Shown here: positions 1 to 12,406 of the stretch, in pieces
How positions within the stretch are numbered: the first letter of the stretch is position 1
Layout: each line of letters opens with the position of its first letter
The notes under the pieces: generated by a model
Database searches by the model: none
What the model saw: only the letters and a program-made list of their open reading frames with translations
What the model was told of the DNA's origin: nothing
Made by a program: the position numbers and the translations under genes
Assembly: GCA_002269645.1 (NCBI GenBank)
Contig: NIVC01002158.1
Coordinates: 62,001 to 126,000 of the forward strand
Length of the DNA stretch: 64,000 bases
Direction: 5' to 3'
Origin: Macrostomum lignano
Lineage: Eukaryota

Positions 1-2
1 CC

Positions 3-519
3 CAGCATGTCAGCATGTCTGTTCCCAGCATGCTGAGAAAATGTCTGTTCTCAGCATGTCTGTTCTCACCATGTCTATTCTCAGCATGTCTGTTCTCAGC
101 ATATCTGTTCTCAGCATGTCTATTCTCAGCATATCTGTTCTCAGCATGTCTATTCTCAGCATGTCTGTTCTCAGCATGTCAGTTCTCAGCATGTCTGTTC
201 TCAGCATGTCTGTTCTCAGCATGTCTGTTCTCAGCATGTCTGTTCTCAGCATGTCTGTTCTCAGCATGTCTGTTCTCAGCATGTCTGTTCTCAGCATGTC
301 TGTTCTCAGCATGTCTGTTCTTAGCATGTCTGTTCTCAGCATGTCTGTTCTCAGCATGTCTGTTCTCAGCATGTCTGTTCTCAGCATGTCTGTTCTCAGC
401 ATGTCTGTTCTCAGCATGTCTGTTCTCAGCATGTCTGTTCTCAGCATGTCTGTTCTCAGCATGTCTATTGTCACCATGTCTAATCTTAGCATGTCTATTC
501 TCACCCTGTCAATTCTCAG
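3..519. repeat. 15-bp minisatellite (TCTCAGCATGTCTGT)n
   Basis: Direct inspection; source of the TDMLR/SACLF pseudo-ORFs. Confidence 0.95.
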
Positions 520-1040
520 TGGGTGTTATAATTCAAAGCCACTAGTACATGTAACTACATGTATATTCACTAGTGCTCAAGCTGCTGCTCAAAAGTCGAG
601 GCGCCAATGCTGTACAAAATTATTTTCCCGAGTACTCACCGTGGCAGTAGAAGACACTCCTTCATCCCAGTTAGCTCGCTTCGGTTTGCTCAAATTCCTA
701 GTTGCGCCCCAATCGTTGAAACGAGCCAATGCATCCTGCAGTCAAGCATTATTGAATTTTCTCCCATAGCAGCCGCTCCAATGAGCACGGGGAGCTCCCG
801 TGCAGAATAGGATGCATGAGCTTAAAAATATCTGCTTTCCATAAGTGCATGTCTCCAGGGACAGCGAAATCTCCCTTCAGTCCAGCCTTACACTCACATT
901 CACCAAAAAGTAAGGAGATATCATCCTGATATCGGAAAGAATCAAATTTCTCACGAATGCACTTGATGCGGTCAGTGCATCTGCCCGCTGTCTGAGTACC
1001 AGCGGTTTGTCCCTGGATAACTGGAATTTATATAGATAAT

Positions 1041-1635
1041 CAGTCTCGCCTCTCTCCCTCTCCCCTGTCCTCTCTCACTCTCCTCTCTCTCTCTCCCTCT
1101 CCCCTGTCCTCTCTCCCCTCTCTCCCTCTCCTCTCTCTCTCTCTCTCCTCTCTCCTTTCCCTTCTCCTCTCTCCCTTCTCCTCTCTCCCTTCTCCCCTCT
1201 CCCTTCTCCTCTTTCCCTTCTCCCCTCTCCCTTCTCCTCTTTCCCTTCTCCTCTTTCCCTTCTCCCCTCTCCCTTCTCCTCTTTCCCTTCTCCTCTTTCC
1301 CTCTCCTCTCTCCCTCTCCTGTCTCCCCTCACCCCTCCCTCTCCTCTCTCCCTTCTCTCTGCCACTCCATTTTGCTCTTCCCAATTTCCCTCTTCCTCTC
1401 CCCTCTCCTCTCTTCATCTTCTCTTTCCCTCTACATCTCTCCTCTCTCCTCCCTCTCCCTCTCTCCCTCTCTTCTCTCCCTCTCCTGTCTCCATTCTCCC
1501 CTCTTCCCTCTTCCCTCTTCCCTCTCCTCTCCCCGTCTCCTCTCTCTCCACTCCTCTCTTTTCCTCTCCCCACTCCCTTTTCCTTCCTATCCCCTTCCTT
1601 CGCCCTTCTACTCAGTTCTCTGTGTCCTTTGTCCA
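1041..1635. repeat. CT-rich polypyrimidine low-complexity tract
   Basis: Almost only C/T, with ctctcccttctc-like units. Confidence 0.95.
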
Positions 1636-1978
1636 CTTTTCCCAGCTTCGAGAAGCCCGCATTTTTACTCTTTTATGGAAAATTTTGTCACATGAAAATT
1701 GAAAAGAATGACTGGAGCATCGTAATGAGAAATACTAAGGATCATCTGTGGGTCACGATCCCCACAATCTGCGCTTCGATGCGTATATGAAAAAGGAAAA
1801 TTAGAAATAAAGCAAGTAGGATGCTTCCTCAGCTCTTCATTATTCATGACTTTCCTCTTTCAAGATGAAGAGCAGACAGGGCTCCGAGTCTGAGGTTATT
1901 ATTTTTATGACTAGTGGCCAGATACCCATACTAATCCGTGCTGGGTATTGAAGTCGGGGCTTTCCGACACCAATGAAG

Positions 1979-2382
1979 GAGTTCATGAGTGACTTCATGA
2001 GTGACTTCATGAGTGAGTTCATGAGTGAGTTCATGAGTGAGTTCATGAGTGAGTTCATGAGTGAGTTCATGAGTGAGTTCATGAGTGAGTTCATGAGTGA
2101 GTTCATGAGTGAGTTCATGAGTGAGTTCATGAGTGAGTTCATGAGTGAGTTCATGAGTGAGTTCATGAGTGAGTTCATGAGTGAGTTCATGAGTGAGTTC
2201 ATGAGTGAGTTCATGAGTGAGTTCATGAGTGAGTTCATGAGTGAGTTCATGAGTGAGTTCATGAGTGAGTTCATGAGTGAGTTCATGAGTGAGTTCATGA
2301 GTGAGTTCATGAGTGAGTTCATGAGTGAGTTCATGAGTGAGTTCATGAGTGAGTTCATGAGTGAGTTCATGAGTGAGTTCAT
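1979..2382. repeat. 12-bp satellite (GAGTTCATGAGT)n, about 33 nearly perfect copies
   Basis: Direct inspection. Confidence 0.97.
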
Positions 2383-3883
2383 CTCAGATCTCAGATCGGG
2401 GGCCCAAAGAACGCTAGCAAATCGCAGCAAAGATCAGATCAAAAGATCCAATTAAGATTTTGTTAAAAGAACTTTCCCAGGCTTGGCTGGCGAGCCCCAT
2501 CAAATGTGGAGGAGGAGTCTGGCATTATTCAAATGAGCAGGACAGGCCATGTGTAATGGGAGGACTCCAGGCCTGTTTGCCAGCGGGATGCGCTCCGCGA
2601 GACTCAAGACAGCAGGGTTTTGAGAGCAGACTTGAATCCCTGAAGCTGGGAGGCCAAAGATGACGAGTGCAGGCAAATATTGACGGGCCCTTACTGCCCC
2701 TCGGGCCTGCTGTTAGCTGCAGGGAATTCAATCCACTGGAAGGCAATCGTTTCCCGATCAAACAATCGAATCTGAGCAAAAACTTATTTGCTGAGAAAGA
2801 TAGACAAAAAACTGCGGACCAAAGGTCTACAGATTCTGTTCACCTTCGAAATTTTATGCTTTTTCGAAATTCCTATTGTATCAATCTGTTCCTGGTTATG
2901 TGCTGTGCAGACTTTCGGATGCAAGAAATTCAAAACTTTTTACTAGCAGTAGGCGATAACGGACATCAATAACGTTTCTGAACAGGCAGACAACACGGAC
3001 GACGCCTCAATGGATTTAGGCTTACATGAACACGTTTCAAAGCATTTGCAGTGAACGCAACAAAGCCGTATTGATTTTGAGCTTGGGTAAAAAATGGCCT
3101 GATGATTGGCCCCATTGTGCCAAATCAAAGTGAGTTCGACTCTCGCGAACTTCTTGCGAACTTGCTAACACAAAGAACTTTGGCGACAGGCTACAGAGCC
3201 GATTGGAAAACTCTGACGGCTCTGTTTGGTTCGCCCTGTACACCAACAGCCACCATCGCAGCCAGACGTAGAGACGTTACCGAGTCTCGCGCTGCTCTGA
3301 GTAACAATCGATAAATTCGGAGCAAGCATCTTCAGCCGAATTGAATCCCGACCAGCCAATATGGATTCGCCGGCCACCCAGCGGTTTGAAGAGGCCAGGG
3401 ACGAATTCAATTCCTTGACTCAGCCATTCTCTGCTCGCTCATCCGTTATTTTACCAAGCAGAATTTTCATCGCATCGGCTTTCTCGTCCTGCCGTTTTGC
3501 TCGGCCTCATCCGGCTAAATCCTGAGTAGAAAGTTGAGAACAAGCCCGAGAATCTTCCGTTGCCTTGGCAGATTATCTGGCAAAAAACAACAAGAAAGCA
3601 ACTTTGCGAGGCCCAAACGATCGGCACTAAAGAATTGAAGGATAATAAGATTGGCAGATTGAGCAGCAATGAGCACGCTCGGCTGCATTCGAACTGAACT
3701 GCTCAGTCATCGCTTCAACCGAGCAGAGCTGTGATTCGCTGAGTCCGAGACTGCCACTCTCTGGGCCTCATCTGCGGTTTCTTCTCTGTGTTTTGCCCGC
3801 ACAAATTTGCACTGCTTTTCTGGCCGCTTTGGCGGCCCCTCAAAGAAGAATCAGCAGCAGGAGATGCTCGGAGGTGATTCGCC

Positions 3884-4309
3884 ATGTCTGTCCACGGCGC
3901 TCCCTCGCCCGAGGCCGGCGCTGCCAGTTGCAAGCGATCCATGCTGGCCGAGGACGTCAACGATGTCGCTGGGGTCAGCGCTGTGGCCGCCATGGGGCTG
4001 CTCTGGCACCGGCGTCGAGAGGTCGAACGTCGACGCCAGTCAATCCTGACTGTCACCATGGAGACACCAAGCTCGAGTGCTCAGATGAAACTGCGACCCA
4101 AACGACTCGAGGAGATCCCCAACGAAGAGTCAGACGCGCCAGGGGCAGCCACCGTCGCTAGCAAAGCAGAGCCGGACTGTGGCCTGTCCTCGCCGAGCTC
4201 CTCGATCATCACGACCACCTCGGAGGGCTTCAGGAAGATCCGGCACACTCGGCCGAAGTGCGTGCTGCGACGGCGCGACTGTCGGGCCACTCCCTGCGAG
4301 TGCGCTGAG
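3884..4309 (+). CDS. MPDZ: Putative first coding exon (exon 1) of the multi-PDZ gene; 142 aa low-complexity N-terminus MSVHGAPSP...CRATPCECAE
   Basis: gccATGt start with an in-frame TGA just upstream (3875). GC3-rich codons. Donor GAG|GTATAT at 4309/4310 is phase 0, matching the phase-0 acceptor at 11446. No recognisable domain, so the link to the PDZ exons is inferred from phase. Confidence 0.6.
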
Positions 4310-4390
4310 GTATATAACCTTTATATAAGAGGTATAAAAAGCAACCCAGTGTCCGCATTGTCGGAATAATGCCGGAATATTATGCCAGCA

Positions 4391-4700
4391 TCATGCCAGA
4401 CTGAATGTCGCGACGAGATCCAGGCATAATGTTAGCATGAAGTGCCAGTGTAATGCTGCTTTTATGCCAACTATATGCGACTAATATGCCTGTTCAATTA
4501 CGTAGTTAACCAATGTACTTCGTAGCATTGTGGCTGCATTGTTGGAATAATGCTGGCATATCATGCCAGACTGAATGTCGCGACGGGATCCAGGCATTAT
4601 GTTAGCATGAAATGCCAGTGTAATGCTGCTTTTATGCCAACTATATGCGACTGATATGCCTGTTCAATTATATAGTAAACCAATGTACGTCGTAGCTTTC
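4391..4700. repeat. Two-copy tandem duplication, period 170 bp
   Basis: tcatgccagactgaatgtcgcgacg... starts at 4391 and 4561 and runs about 140 bp with a few substitutions. Confidence 0.9.
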
Positions 4701-5009
4701 TGTGGCTCATAAATAATGCAATTGTTGTCCAATTATTACAATGAAGCACTTAACCCTTTTTGAACTCCACAAGGCTTTAATTAGGCTTTAGGAAATGGTA
4801 CAAAAGAACTAAATACAAGTGTATTGTAAAAAAGACGGCGCAGAAAAGTATTTTTTTAACATCGAAAACAATGGTAGGAACATGTTTTTAGTTCTTTAAT
4901 TCTTTTATAATTTAACTTAAAAAGTAACTTAAATAGCATGGGAAAACAGAAACATAACAACATAAAAATATAAACAGAATATAGCAACAAAAACAACATA
5001 CAAAAGTTA

Positions 5010-5470
5010 TAAGCAGATACTTCTTTAAAAGATAGGGTCCCAAATACAGCAAAGAGTCTGAATTCTGTTGCCTTAAAATGAGAAAGCTTGGTATCAAATC
5101 GCCTTGGCCGTCACTGAAACTCATTTGGTATAAATTTTGCCAAAGAAATCGACTTTTCAGACAGCTTAGCCAAAGCAGTTGGGTGTAATTTACAACGAAG
5201 ACAAAAACCCTTTACAGTGGAGAAAAAACTTTAACAATTGGCGAACAACTCCCAAACAAACAGAATGTTAGTAATCAACAGGGAAACCAGACTGCAAGTT
5301 TGCATTGTCAATGAGTGGCAAAATCTGCAGTTGGTTATTCTCAAGACCAGATTTGTAGTCCGCATCTGTTCTTTTAATGCCTACAAAAGTTTTGTAAACC
5401 ACCCTATCTTCAGCGAAACTTCTTCAACCTTGACAGAAATTGCATCCCAGCTTCGAAGCATGTGACTTTG
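5010..5470 (-). mobile_element. Decayed EnSpm/CACTA (CMC) transposase fragment in intron 1
   Basis: Minus-strand translation across stops and two frameshifts: SHASKLGCNFCQG*...KRTDADYKS...SGFPVDY*HSVCLGVVRQLL...FIPNEFQ*RPRRFDTKLSHFKATEFRL/LLYLGPYLLKKYL. This matches the EnSpm motifs FPLDYMHLVCLGVVRRLL, IPxEFxRKPRS, and WKATEFRQFLLYxGPxxLK. Confidence 0.8.
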
Positions 5471-5499
5471 AATTTGCATTGTTCAAATTGAATGCTCAT

Positions 5500-7760
5500 C
5501 AGAAATAAGAAATAATGCATGAATTGGACTTTAGATAACATGTTTATTTGGCTTTTAACTCCCACTTACAAACTTTTCTTTTTTTAATTCCCATAGTCTT
5601 CTCCTCTCCTTTCTACCACTTATATAGTTGTCTAATATATATCTATTATTCTTTTCCAATCCCTGTCTTTCCTTCTCTTAGAATCTTAGATAAACTGACT
5701 ATTAAGGAAGAAAATACTTAATACTACTCAATACTTAATATTTAATATTATATACTATAGAATATTTTCCCAATTGGCATAGAATTATGTAGATAATGCT
5801 GCTCCTAGTCCTAGTCTTATCCACATAGTAAACTAATAAAATTGATTGATCCTTGTCAATATATACCATGAAAATAATGTTTCTCTTTAACAATATGCTA
5901 TACTTGCAATATATAAAAATATTAAACTACACATTAACATAATACACTGCATATTAACTGCTTTTGCTATACTTAATATTGTATCAATATATCATATTTA
6001 GACATTTAATCATGAAAATATCATGAACATTACAATATAAAAAATAAAAAATTAGAATTTAAAAAGCCATAATAAAGTCTTAAACTATGATGGAAAAAAT
6101 ATATTTATCACATTTTTAATATTGCTAAAAAATTGATATTCAATTTAAATTTTTTGTTTATAGAATTTGCCTTTATATATTATTATATTATATTTATTTT
6201 TTGTAGGTAACCAAATAAATCCTATTAAATCAAAATAAATTGGCACTTTATAGTTAAATTAATAATTAAATAACAAGAATATAAGATATAATTATAATGC
6301 CAAGGTTTATTTTTTGGCCATATGGGATTTTTTGGCCCTTTGAAAATCTCAATGGCAATTGGATTTTTGGCAACAGAGGCCAATCTAGCAACTTTATTTC
6401 CCTGTGCCAGTTGCCACTTTCAGAAAATGATTTTACAAGTATAATAAAAATGTTATAGGCCTATCAATCTAAGTTGATACAAAAACAAAGTTGCAAAAAT
6501 GGACAATTTCAATGTCAATTTAATACCAAGTCCCAAACTGTCTCATTCACATAGGCCTAGTCATATAGTGCATCCATGTTTTAATGAGCCCTAGAAATAT
6601 CTAGATCCTCAAGAATGTGGGTAGTTGGGTTGCCAGTGGGCAACCAAAAATAGCCATTGGCATTGGCAACTGGATTTCTAACCTTAAAAAAACCTAGGCT
6701 TTATATATATACAGAGTAAATTAAGGGCCTATTTATTAGGCCTAACTTATAAATATAAAAGGTTAAACCTTTTTTTGCCTTATACAATAATATACTATAG
6801 GCCTAGCTATGTCTATAACCTATAATTAGGCCTACAATGGATTATTATTCTGTCTATAGATATTTAGATAAGTACTTTACTATAAGTAGACCTCTTAAAG
6901 GCTTAAGTGTCCCAGTAAATAAAATAGTTAAGAAACTGGAAAAAGCCTATTGTCTGATTTCAACATTTGTTTCATTGATTTAGATAAAACTTAAAATTAG
7001 TTTTATCCTTTTTTGACAACTGAATATGTAATTGTTTGCTATTTGCAATATAAACTACAAGGAACAGTATTATATCATATCATATTTTAACAGCAATTTA
7101 TACAACAAAGCAACTAAAAACTGGTGTATATAAAATATGACAAGTACAATATTTCACATAGGCCTATGCCTATGGCTTATGGCTATAGAGCCTAGGCTAG
7201 TACATTAACATATATAACTTCGTAATATCATATACAGCCTTAGAAAATTGTCAGACTGCACCCACTACTATTGCTAGAAACTAATATACAAATGCCTTGT
7301 TAGAAAAGGTATTTTTCTGCGCATACATATAAAAGCCAGTACAATTGATCGAGACAGACTAGGCCTAAGACAAATGAGTGTAAAAGCATCAATTAAAAAT
7401 GTGCTATATTTTTGTTCAATATTGTTCAATATTTAGTATTATAACAAAAAATAAAAACATGTATAACTACTATAGCCAAAAGATAACATAGCTTAAAATA
7501 AACCATCTAAATATTACTTGTATGACTACTGTTTGTAGTCCATTCAGTATATATAAGAAACATGTACAATTCAAATTATATCAAATCGACGAAATGAACA
7601 AGCATTTGCATGCTAGATATATGCAAAAATTATGAAGACAGTAAAATTTGTCAATGGGTATCTTTGAAGACTATTATACATTTGGGACTATTCAGGAACC
7701 TGCATAAAATCTTTTCCTTCTAAGTTTCTCAAAGTCATATTTTTAGCACTTAATGCCTTA
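5500..7760. other. Very AT-rich ~2.3-kb block adjacent to the EnSpm fragment (probably part of an old DNA transposon)
   Basis: Sharp compositional shift, recurrent taggccta motifs, no ORFs. Termini not identified. Confidence 0.4.
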
Positions 7761-7995
7761 ATTGTGCCGTGGCATGCACAGGCCAAATTTATTCCAGTTT
7801 GATGCTGCGCCTAAAAAAGAAAGAATTGCTGGCAAAACTGAAAGCACTTTCAATAAATATCAAACAGATATCAATGCAACACAAATTTGGAATTTTTTTG
7901 CTTGTCAAAAATATGCTGACGCGTCAGCATAATTACGGCATAATGCTGACATCATGGACACTGGGAACACGACTAAAATAACCGAAACCGAACAA

Positions 7996-8050
7996 GGGAC
8001 GGAGCAGCTCAGCGGGAGACCAGCGGGAGACCCTGGCTCGATTCCGTGGG
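7996..8050 (+). mobile_element. Possible degenerate tRNA-derived SINE head
   Basis: A-box-like GCAGCTCAGCGG and B-box-like GGCTCGATTCC, with an internal 11-bp duplication (cagcgggagac x2). Box spacing is short. Confidence 0.3.
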
Positions 8051-9635
8051 CGGTCACATTCATTTGGAGCTTGGCCGAGAACTGGCCGAGAGGGTCAACT
8101 CCCCAAGGCAGAGAGTCTGTACATACCTGACGATTATAAAGTCAGGGTCATTGTTCACCCTGTGTGAGCGAGTGTGTGAGTGGGTTCCTGCGTACAGTAT
8201 TGGTGCTCAGGAGTCGGCGAAATGGGCAGAATTGCCTCGGCGTTGGTTGTTTCACGATGTTGCTGAATGCGTTGCTTAAGATTCAAGTTTTTCATCACTA
8301 AAATTTAGTACTTTGAGCGGTAACTAGTCAAAAATGTCTGTTCAGATGTCAAGCCGGGAGTCAAATAAGCTGCACTGGGTGTCATTCTATGTATCAAAAA
8401 TGTGTTATGAAACAGTTACTGACTGCTATCTTTTCTGTTGTCAGTGGTGTACGCGCAATCCGTGAGTAGCTCTACAAGCATCGAGGCCTATCCTAGTATG
8501 AATGTATCAGAATTGGTTCATAGCTAGGTCGCAGCTTTCCTATTCGGTTACCGAATAGGCCGGGAGTTCCCTAACGAATTGCCTGCTTTGACTACTTCCG
8601 CGGCACCCCCTCCCCAACCTCAGCTAGAAAGCGAGCCGACGCGCTGATAAACTGGCCGGGCCCATAAAACTGTAGCAATGCTACACTGTAGGCCCGAGCC
8701 AGCCGCGAACTCCAGGAGCAAAAATGTGAGAGCTTCTACGAAATAACGCACCAGAGAGATTATTCCCGTATATCCGTAGTTGCCATGGGCTTGAGTCGGA
8801 AGACACGACTAGCTGAACTAGTGCTCAGGCCCTTCATCTCTCTCTCTCTTTCCTCTGTCTCTGCGCTTCTCAGAAAAATTCGCGGATTAGTGACAATTAG
8901 CGACTTTGCTGAGCTTTCGCGGGGCGGAGGTTGCGAGAATGCTTCGGCAAAAAGTGTATATTATAACTGCAGGGAGAAGCCATTGGATGGATTGCGGGGT
9001 AAAGGCGCTAAGGATGCAGTTATTTATTGCCTCCTTGCTGTGCGAGCTTCCTATTTCATGCTGCCCGTTGGTCTCTAGCTTTTTTAATAAGCAAGTTTCC
9101 TGTCTTTTTAGTTGAAAAAATTAATTAAAGACCCGGCTTGGTTGATAGAAACAGCGCTAATAGTTCCAGTTTAGCACCTCTAGACATCAGCATCCTTCTC
9201 GCCACCCAGCTCTCTCATTTTCCTCTCAATCCTCCAGCCTCGCCCCTCTTCTGTTAAGCCGCATCAATTGGTAATTGAAAACGACAACAGCACTACCTCG
9301 GCTGAGGCTGGAGTGATGAAGACATGGGAAAGATTCTGGGCGAGCAGAGATCCTCGATCTTCCTCATCTCGTTCGCAGGAAGGCGAAATGGAGGGAAGAG
9401 AGAAATGAGGCGGGTGAAAGAAAGCGAGGCCTAAGCCCCTCCCGGATCTCGCCGAATCAATCCCGGAGCGGAAGCGACGGCATTGTGAAAATGAGCTTCC
9501 TTAATATACAGCCTCACAGATGCTCAGTACTATACTGCTCTCCATGTGCTCCTATTGCAGAGCATAATTTCTAATTCTGCTTCGCGCTCTGCATAGAACT
9601 GAAAAATTGCTTTCAATTATGTAAAAAGGTGTTTA

Positions 9636-10363
9636 AGTGAGAGTCCAGGAGTTCAAGTGAGAGTCCAGGAGTTCAAGTGAGAGTCCAGGTATTCCAATGA
9701 GAACCCAGATGCTAACCTGAGAGTCCAGATGCTAAAGTGAGAGCTCAGATGCTAAATTGAGAATCAAGATGCTAAAGTAAGAGTCCAGATGCTAAACTGA
9801 GAGTCCAGATGCTAAACTGAGAGTCCAGATGCTAAAGTGAGAGTCCAGATGCTAAACTGAGAGTCCAGATGCTAAAGTGAGAGTCCAGATGTTAAACTGA
9901 GAGTCCAGATGCTAACCTGAGAGTCCAGATGCTAAAGTGAGAGTCCAGATGCTAAACTGAGAGTCCAGATGTGAAAGTGAGAGTCCAGATGCTAAAGTGA
10001 CAGTCCAAGTGTTCAGGTGAGAGTCCAGGAGTTCAATGGATGGAGTCCATGTGTTCAAGTGAGAGTCCAGATGTTAAACTGAGAGTCCATGTGTTCAAGT
10101 GAGAGTCCAGATGTGAAAGTGAGAGTCCAGATGTTAAACTGAGAGTTTAGATGTTAAAGTGAGAGTCCAGATGCCAAAGTGAGAGTGCAGATGCTAAAGT
10201 GACAGTCCATGTGTTCAGGTTAGAGTCCAGGGGTTCAATGGATAGAGTCCATGTGTTCAAGTGAGAGTCCAGGTGTTACAGTGAGGGTCCATGTGTTCAA
10301 GTGAAAGTCCAGGTGCTACAGTGAGAGTCCAAATGTTAAAGTTAGAGTCCAGATTAGAGTCCA
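9636..10363. repeat. 20-bp minisatellite (GAGAGTCCAGATGCTAAA[G/C]T)n with variants
   Basis: Direct inspection. Confidence 0.93.
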
Positions 10364-11274
10364 GGTGCAAAATTAAATGTCATTCGGTTCTAAAGTGTCT
10401 AAAGTGGCATCAGCTGTTATTGCGCTCTGCACTCTATATGGATCAGAACCTGCTCTAGTAGGACCTATAAGCGAATCCGGTCAATGAATGCACTTTTACT
10501 GACTTAGTTGATTAAATAACTAAAAAGTCGGCATGAAGTGCAGAGCGCGTCAGTCCATCGCAGAGAGCCGCGGTGCGAACAGCGCGGCTCTGTGGAGTCG
10601 CCGGATCGGTTCAAATTTGGCAAGAGAAAAAATTGGCAAGAGTTGAAATTTGCATAAATCGCACGCACGAATTGAGGCTCCGACCTTGGCTGAGCTGCTG
10701 GCTTAGCGTCTCGGGCTTAGGGATCCCTTGTACAGCCGTCCGTGTGCTGCTAATTGTCTTTGGACAAACTGCTGGACGATGCTGAACGGAGTAACTCAAG
10801 CAGAGAGTACAGGCAGGGCCAAAACATGGACAGATACTATAAATCTGCCAGCCTGTCAACTGCAGGCATTTTCAAAGGGCCTGCCCAGTTTTTTTTCACC
10901 GCAAGCACTGATTGACATTTCCAATTAGATTTCTGCTCTTAGACTGGCTAATGGGTGAGCGGCATTCGCTAGTGCGTGATTGGGCATGGGTTCTGTGCTT
11001 TGCCCCTGTTCTCGACTAACAGTATGGCCGGTGCAAAGTTTTACTAACATGAATTATAAAGCAGACAACGGAGGTTAGTAGAGCAATCAAGCTGATTGGA
11101 GCGGATTAGGGGGAGGCAACTTCCGACAGTCATTTTTTGTTGATTGTGTAGTTTGAGTTGCAAACTTGGAAAATGTAGTTTTGTATAGCGAAAAGATTGG
11201 CTGCTAACTTTTTAGACTGAAGACAAATATTGATTGACCTTTGGATTAGTTAGGCTGCGGAGTGACCTTACAAA

Positions 11275-11438
11275 TCAACCAACCAACCAACCAACCAACC
11301 AACCAACCAACCAACCAACCAACCAACCAACCAACCAAACAACCAACCAACCAACCAACCAACCAACCAACCAACCAACCAACGAACCAACCAACCAACC
11401 AACCAACCAACCAACCAACCAACCAACCAACCAACCAA
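11275..11438. repeat. (AACC)n microsatellite ending 7 nt before exon 2
   Basis: Direct inspection. Confidence 0.97.
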
Positions 11439-11445
11439 TTCACAG

Positions 11446-11970
11446 CTGAACACAGACTGGACAGAGATCGAGGTCATCGACCTGATCAGCGACTCCTCCG
11501 GTTTGGGCTTCGGCATCATCGGCAGCAAGAGCACCGGTGTGGTTGTCCGCACGATTCTGTCCGGTGGCGCGGCGGACACGGATGGCCGGCTGCGATCAGG
11601 CGACCACCTGCTGTGCATCGGGCTGGTGAGCGTTCGCGGCATGAACAGCGAGCAGGTTGCCAGCGTGCTGCGCCAGAGCGGCGATCGAGTCAGACTGGTC
11701 GTGGCCAGGGTGATTCACGACCCGGCAGCGGAGAGCACCGTCGGAGTGGACGGCCGTTGCTGCCAGCTGGTGCCAACTGGGGAGCTCGAAGCCCACCTGG
11801 AAGCTCTGGTTGCCGCGCTGGACGCTTGCGCTGCAGCTTCAGCGGAGGAGGAGCAGGAAGAGCAGCAGGCTGAGGCTCCCTCAGTGGACGACTCAGCAGG
11901 AGCGGCAGCTGCGGCTGCGGCTGCGACTGCCCCAGCTGTTGCTGATGTAGGCGCAGTGGATGCAGGACAA
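11446..11970 (+). CDS. MPDZ: Exon 2: PDZ2 of MPDZ/PATJ-like protein plus Ala/Glu-rich linker
   Basis: ttcacag| acceptor, CAA|GTAAGT donor, phase 0-0. Translation [55 protein letters not shown]...[23 protein letters not shown] closely matches MPDZ PDZ2 as I recall it ([25 protein letters not shown]...MSSEQVAQVLRQCGNRVKLMIAR). Confidence 0.95.
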
Positions 11971-12204
11971 GTAAGTTGGACCTGCTTGAGAATTAGGCTG
12001 GCTACCCTATTGCAAAACGGCAGCTTGGTGTTATAAATTAGTCTTCGTCAATATTTCAACGTTAACTACTTACTAGTAGCGTCCAGTAGTATGTGCGCAT
12101 TTTAAGTACACAGGATTGAAAGCTGAAAAGCTTAAAGCATTAAATTTTGTAGCACTGCGTGTTGTTAGATAAGTATTCTACTTCTGGCAGCATCAATTGC
12201 CCCT

Positions 12205-12406
12205 GCATGTCCACGAGTCCGAGAGTCCATGGGTCCATGCGTCCATTACTGTCCATGAGTCCATGCGTCCATTACTGTCCATGAGTCCATGGTCCAGTCC
12301 ATTACTGTCCATGAGTCCATGCGTCCATTACTGTCCATGAGTCCATGGTCCAGTCCATTACTGTCCATGAGTCCATGCGTCCATTACTGTCCATGAGTCC
12401 ATGCGT
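12205..12406. repeat. GTCCAT-based 26/30-bp alternating minisatellite
   Basis: gtccattactgtccatgagtccatgc alternates with ...ccatggtcca. Confidence 0.85.

Noticed and set aside
10-545. Long ORFs (TDMLR/SACLF/SMSVL repeats), and likewise the ORFs at 1840-2455, 11234-11449, 12942-13799, 16248-16910, 19341-19907, 29900-30328, 35053-37092, 37535-38129, 39772-40301, 54442-54768 and 62410-63726
   Set aside because: They are translations of stop-free micro/minisatellites, with no splice-site or codon support as proteins.
6300-6699. Possible MITE with C(A/T)AGGTTT termini
   Set aside because: The terminal match is too short for such an AT-rich background, and no TSD was found.
10779-10790. Possible micro first exon ATG CTG AAC GGA|GTAACT, phase 0 to exon 2
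   Set aside because: Weak donor and poor start context; cannot be distinguished from chance.
1-11445. L27 domain and PDZ1 exons expected for MPDZ/PATJ
   Set aside because: I looked for GLGF-like and L27-like translations with splice sites and found none.
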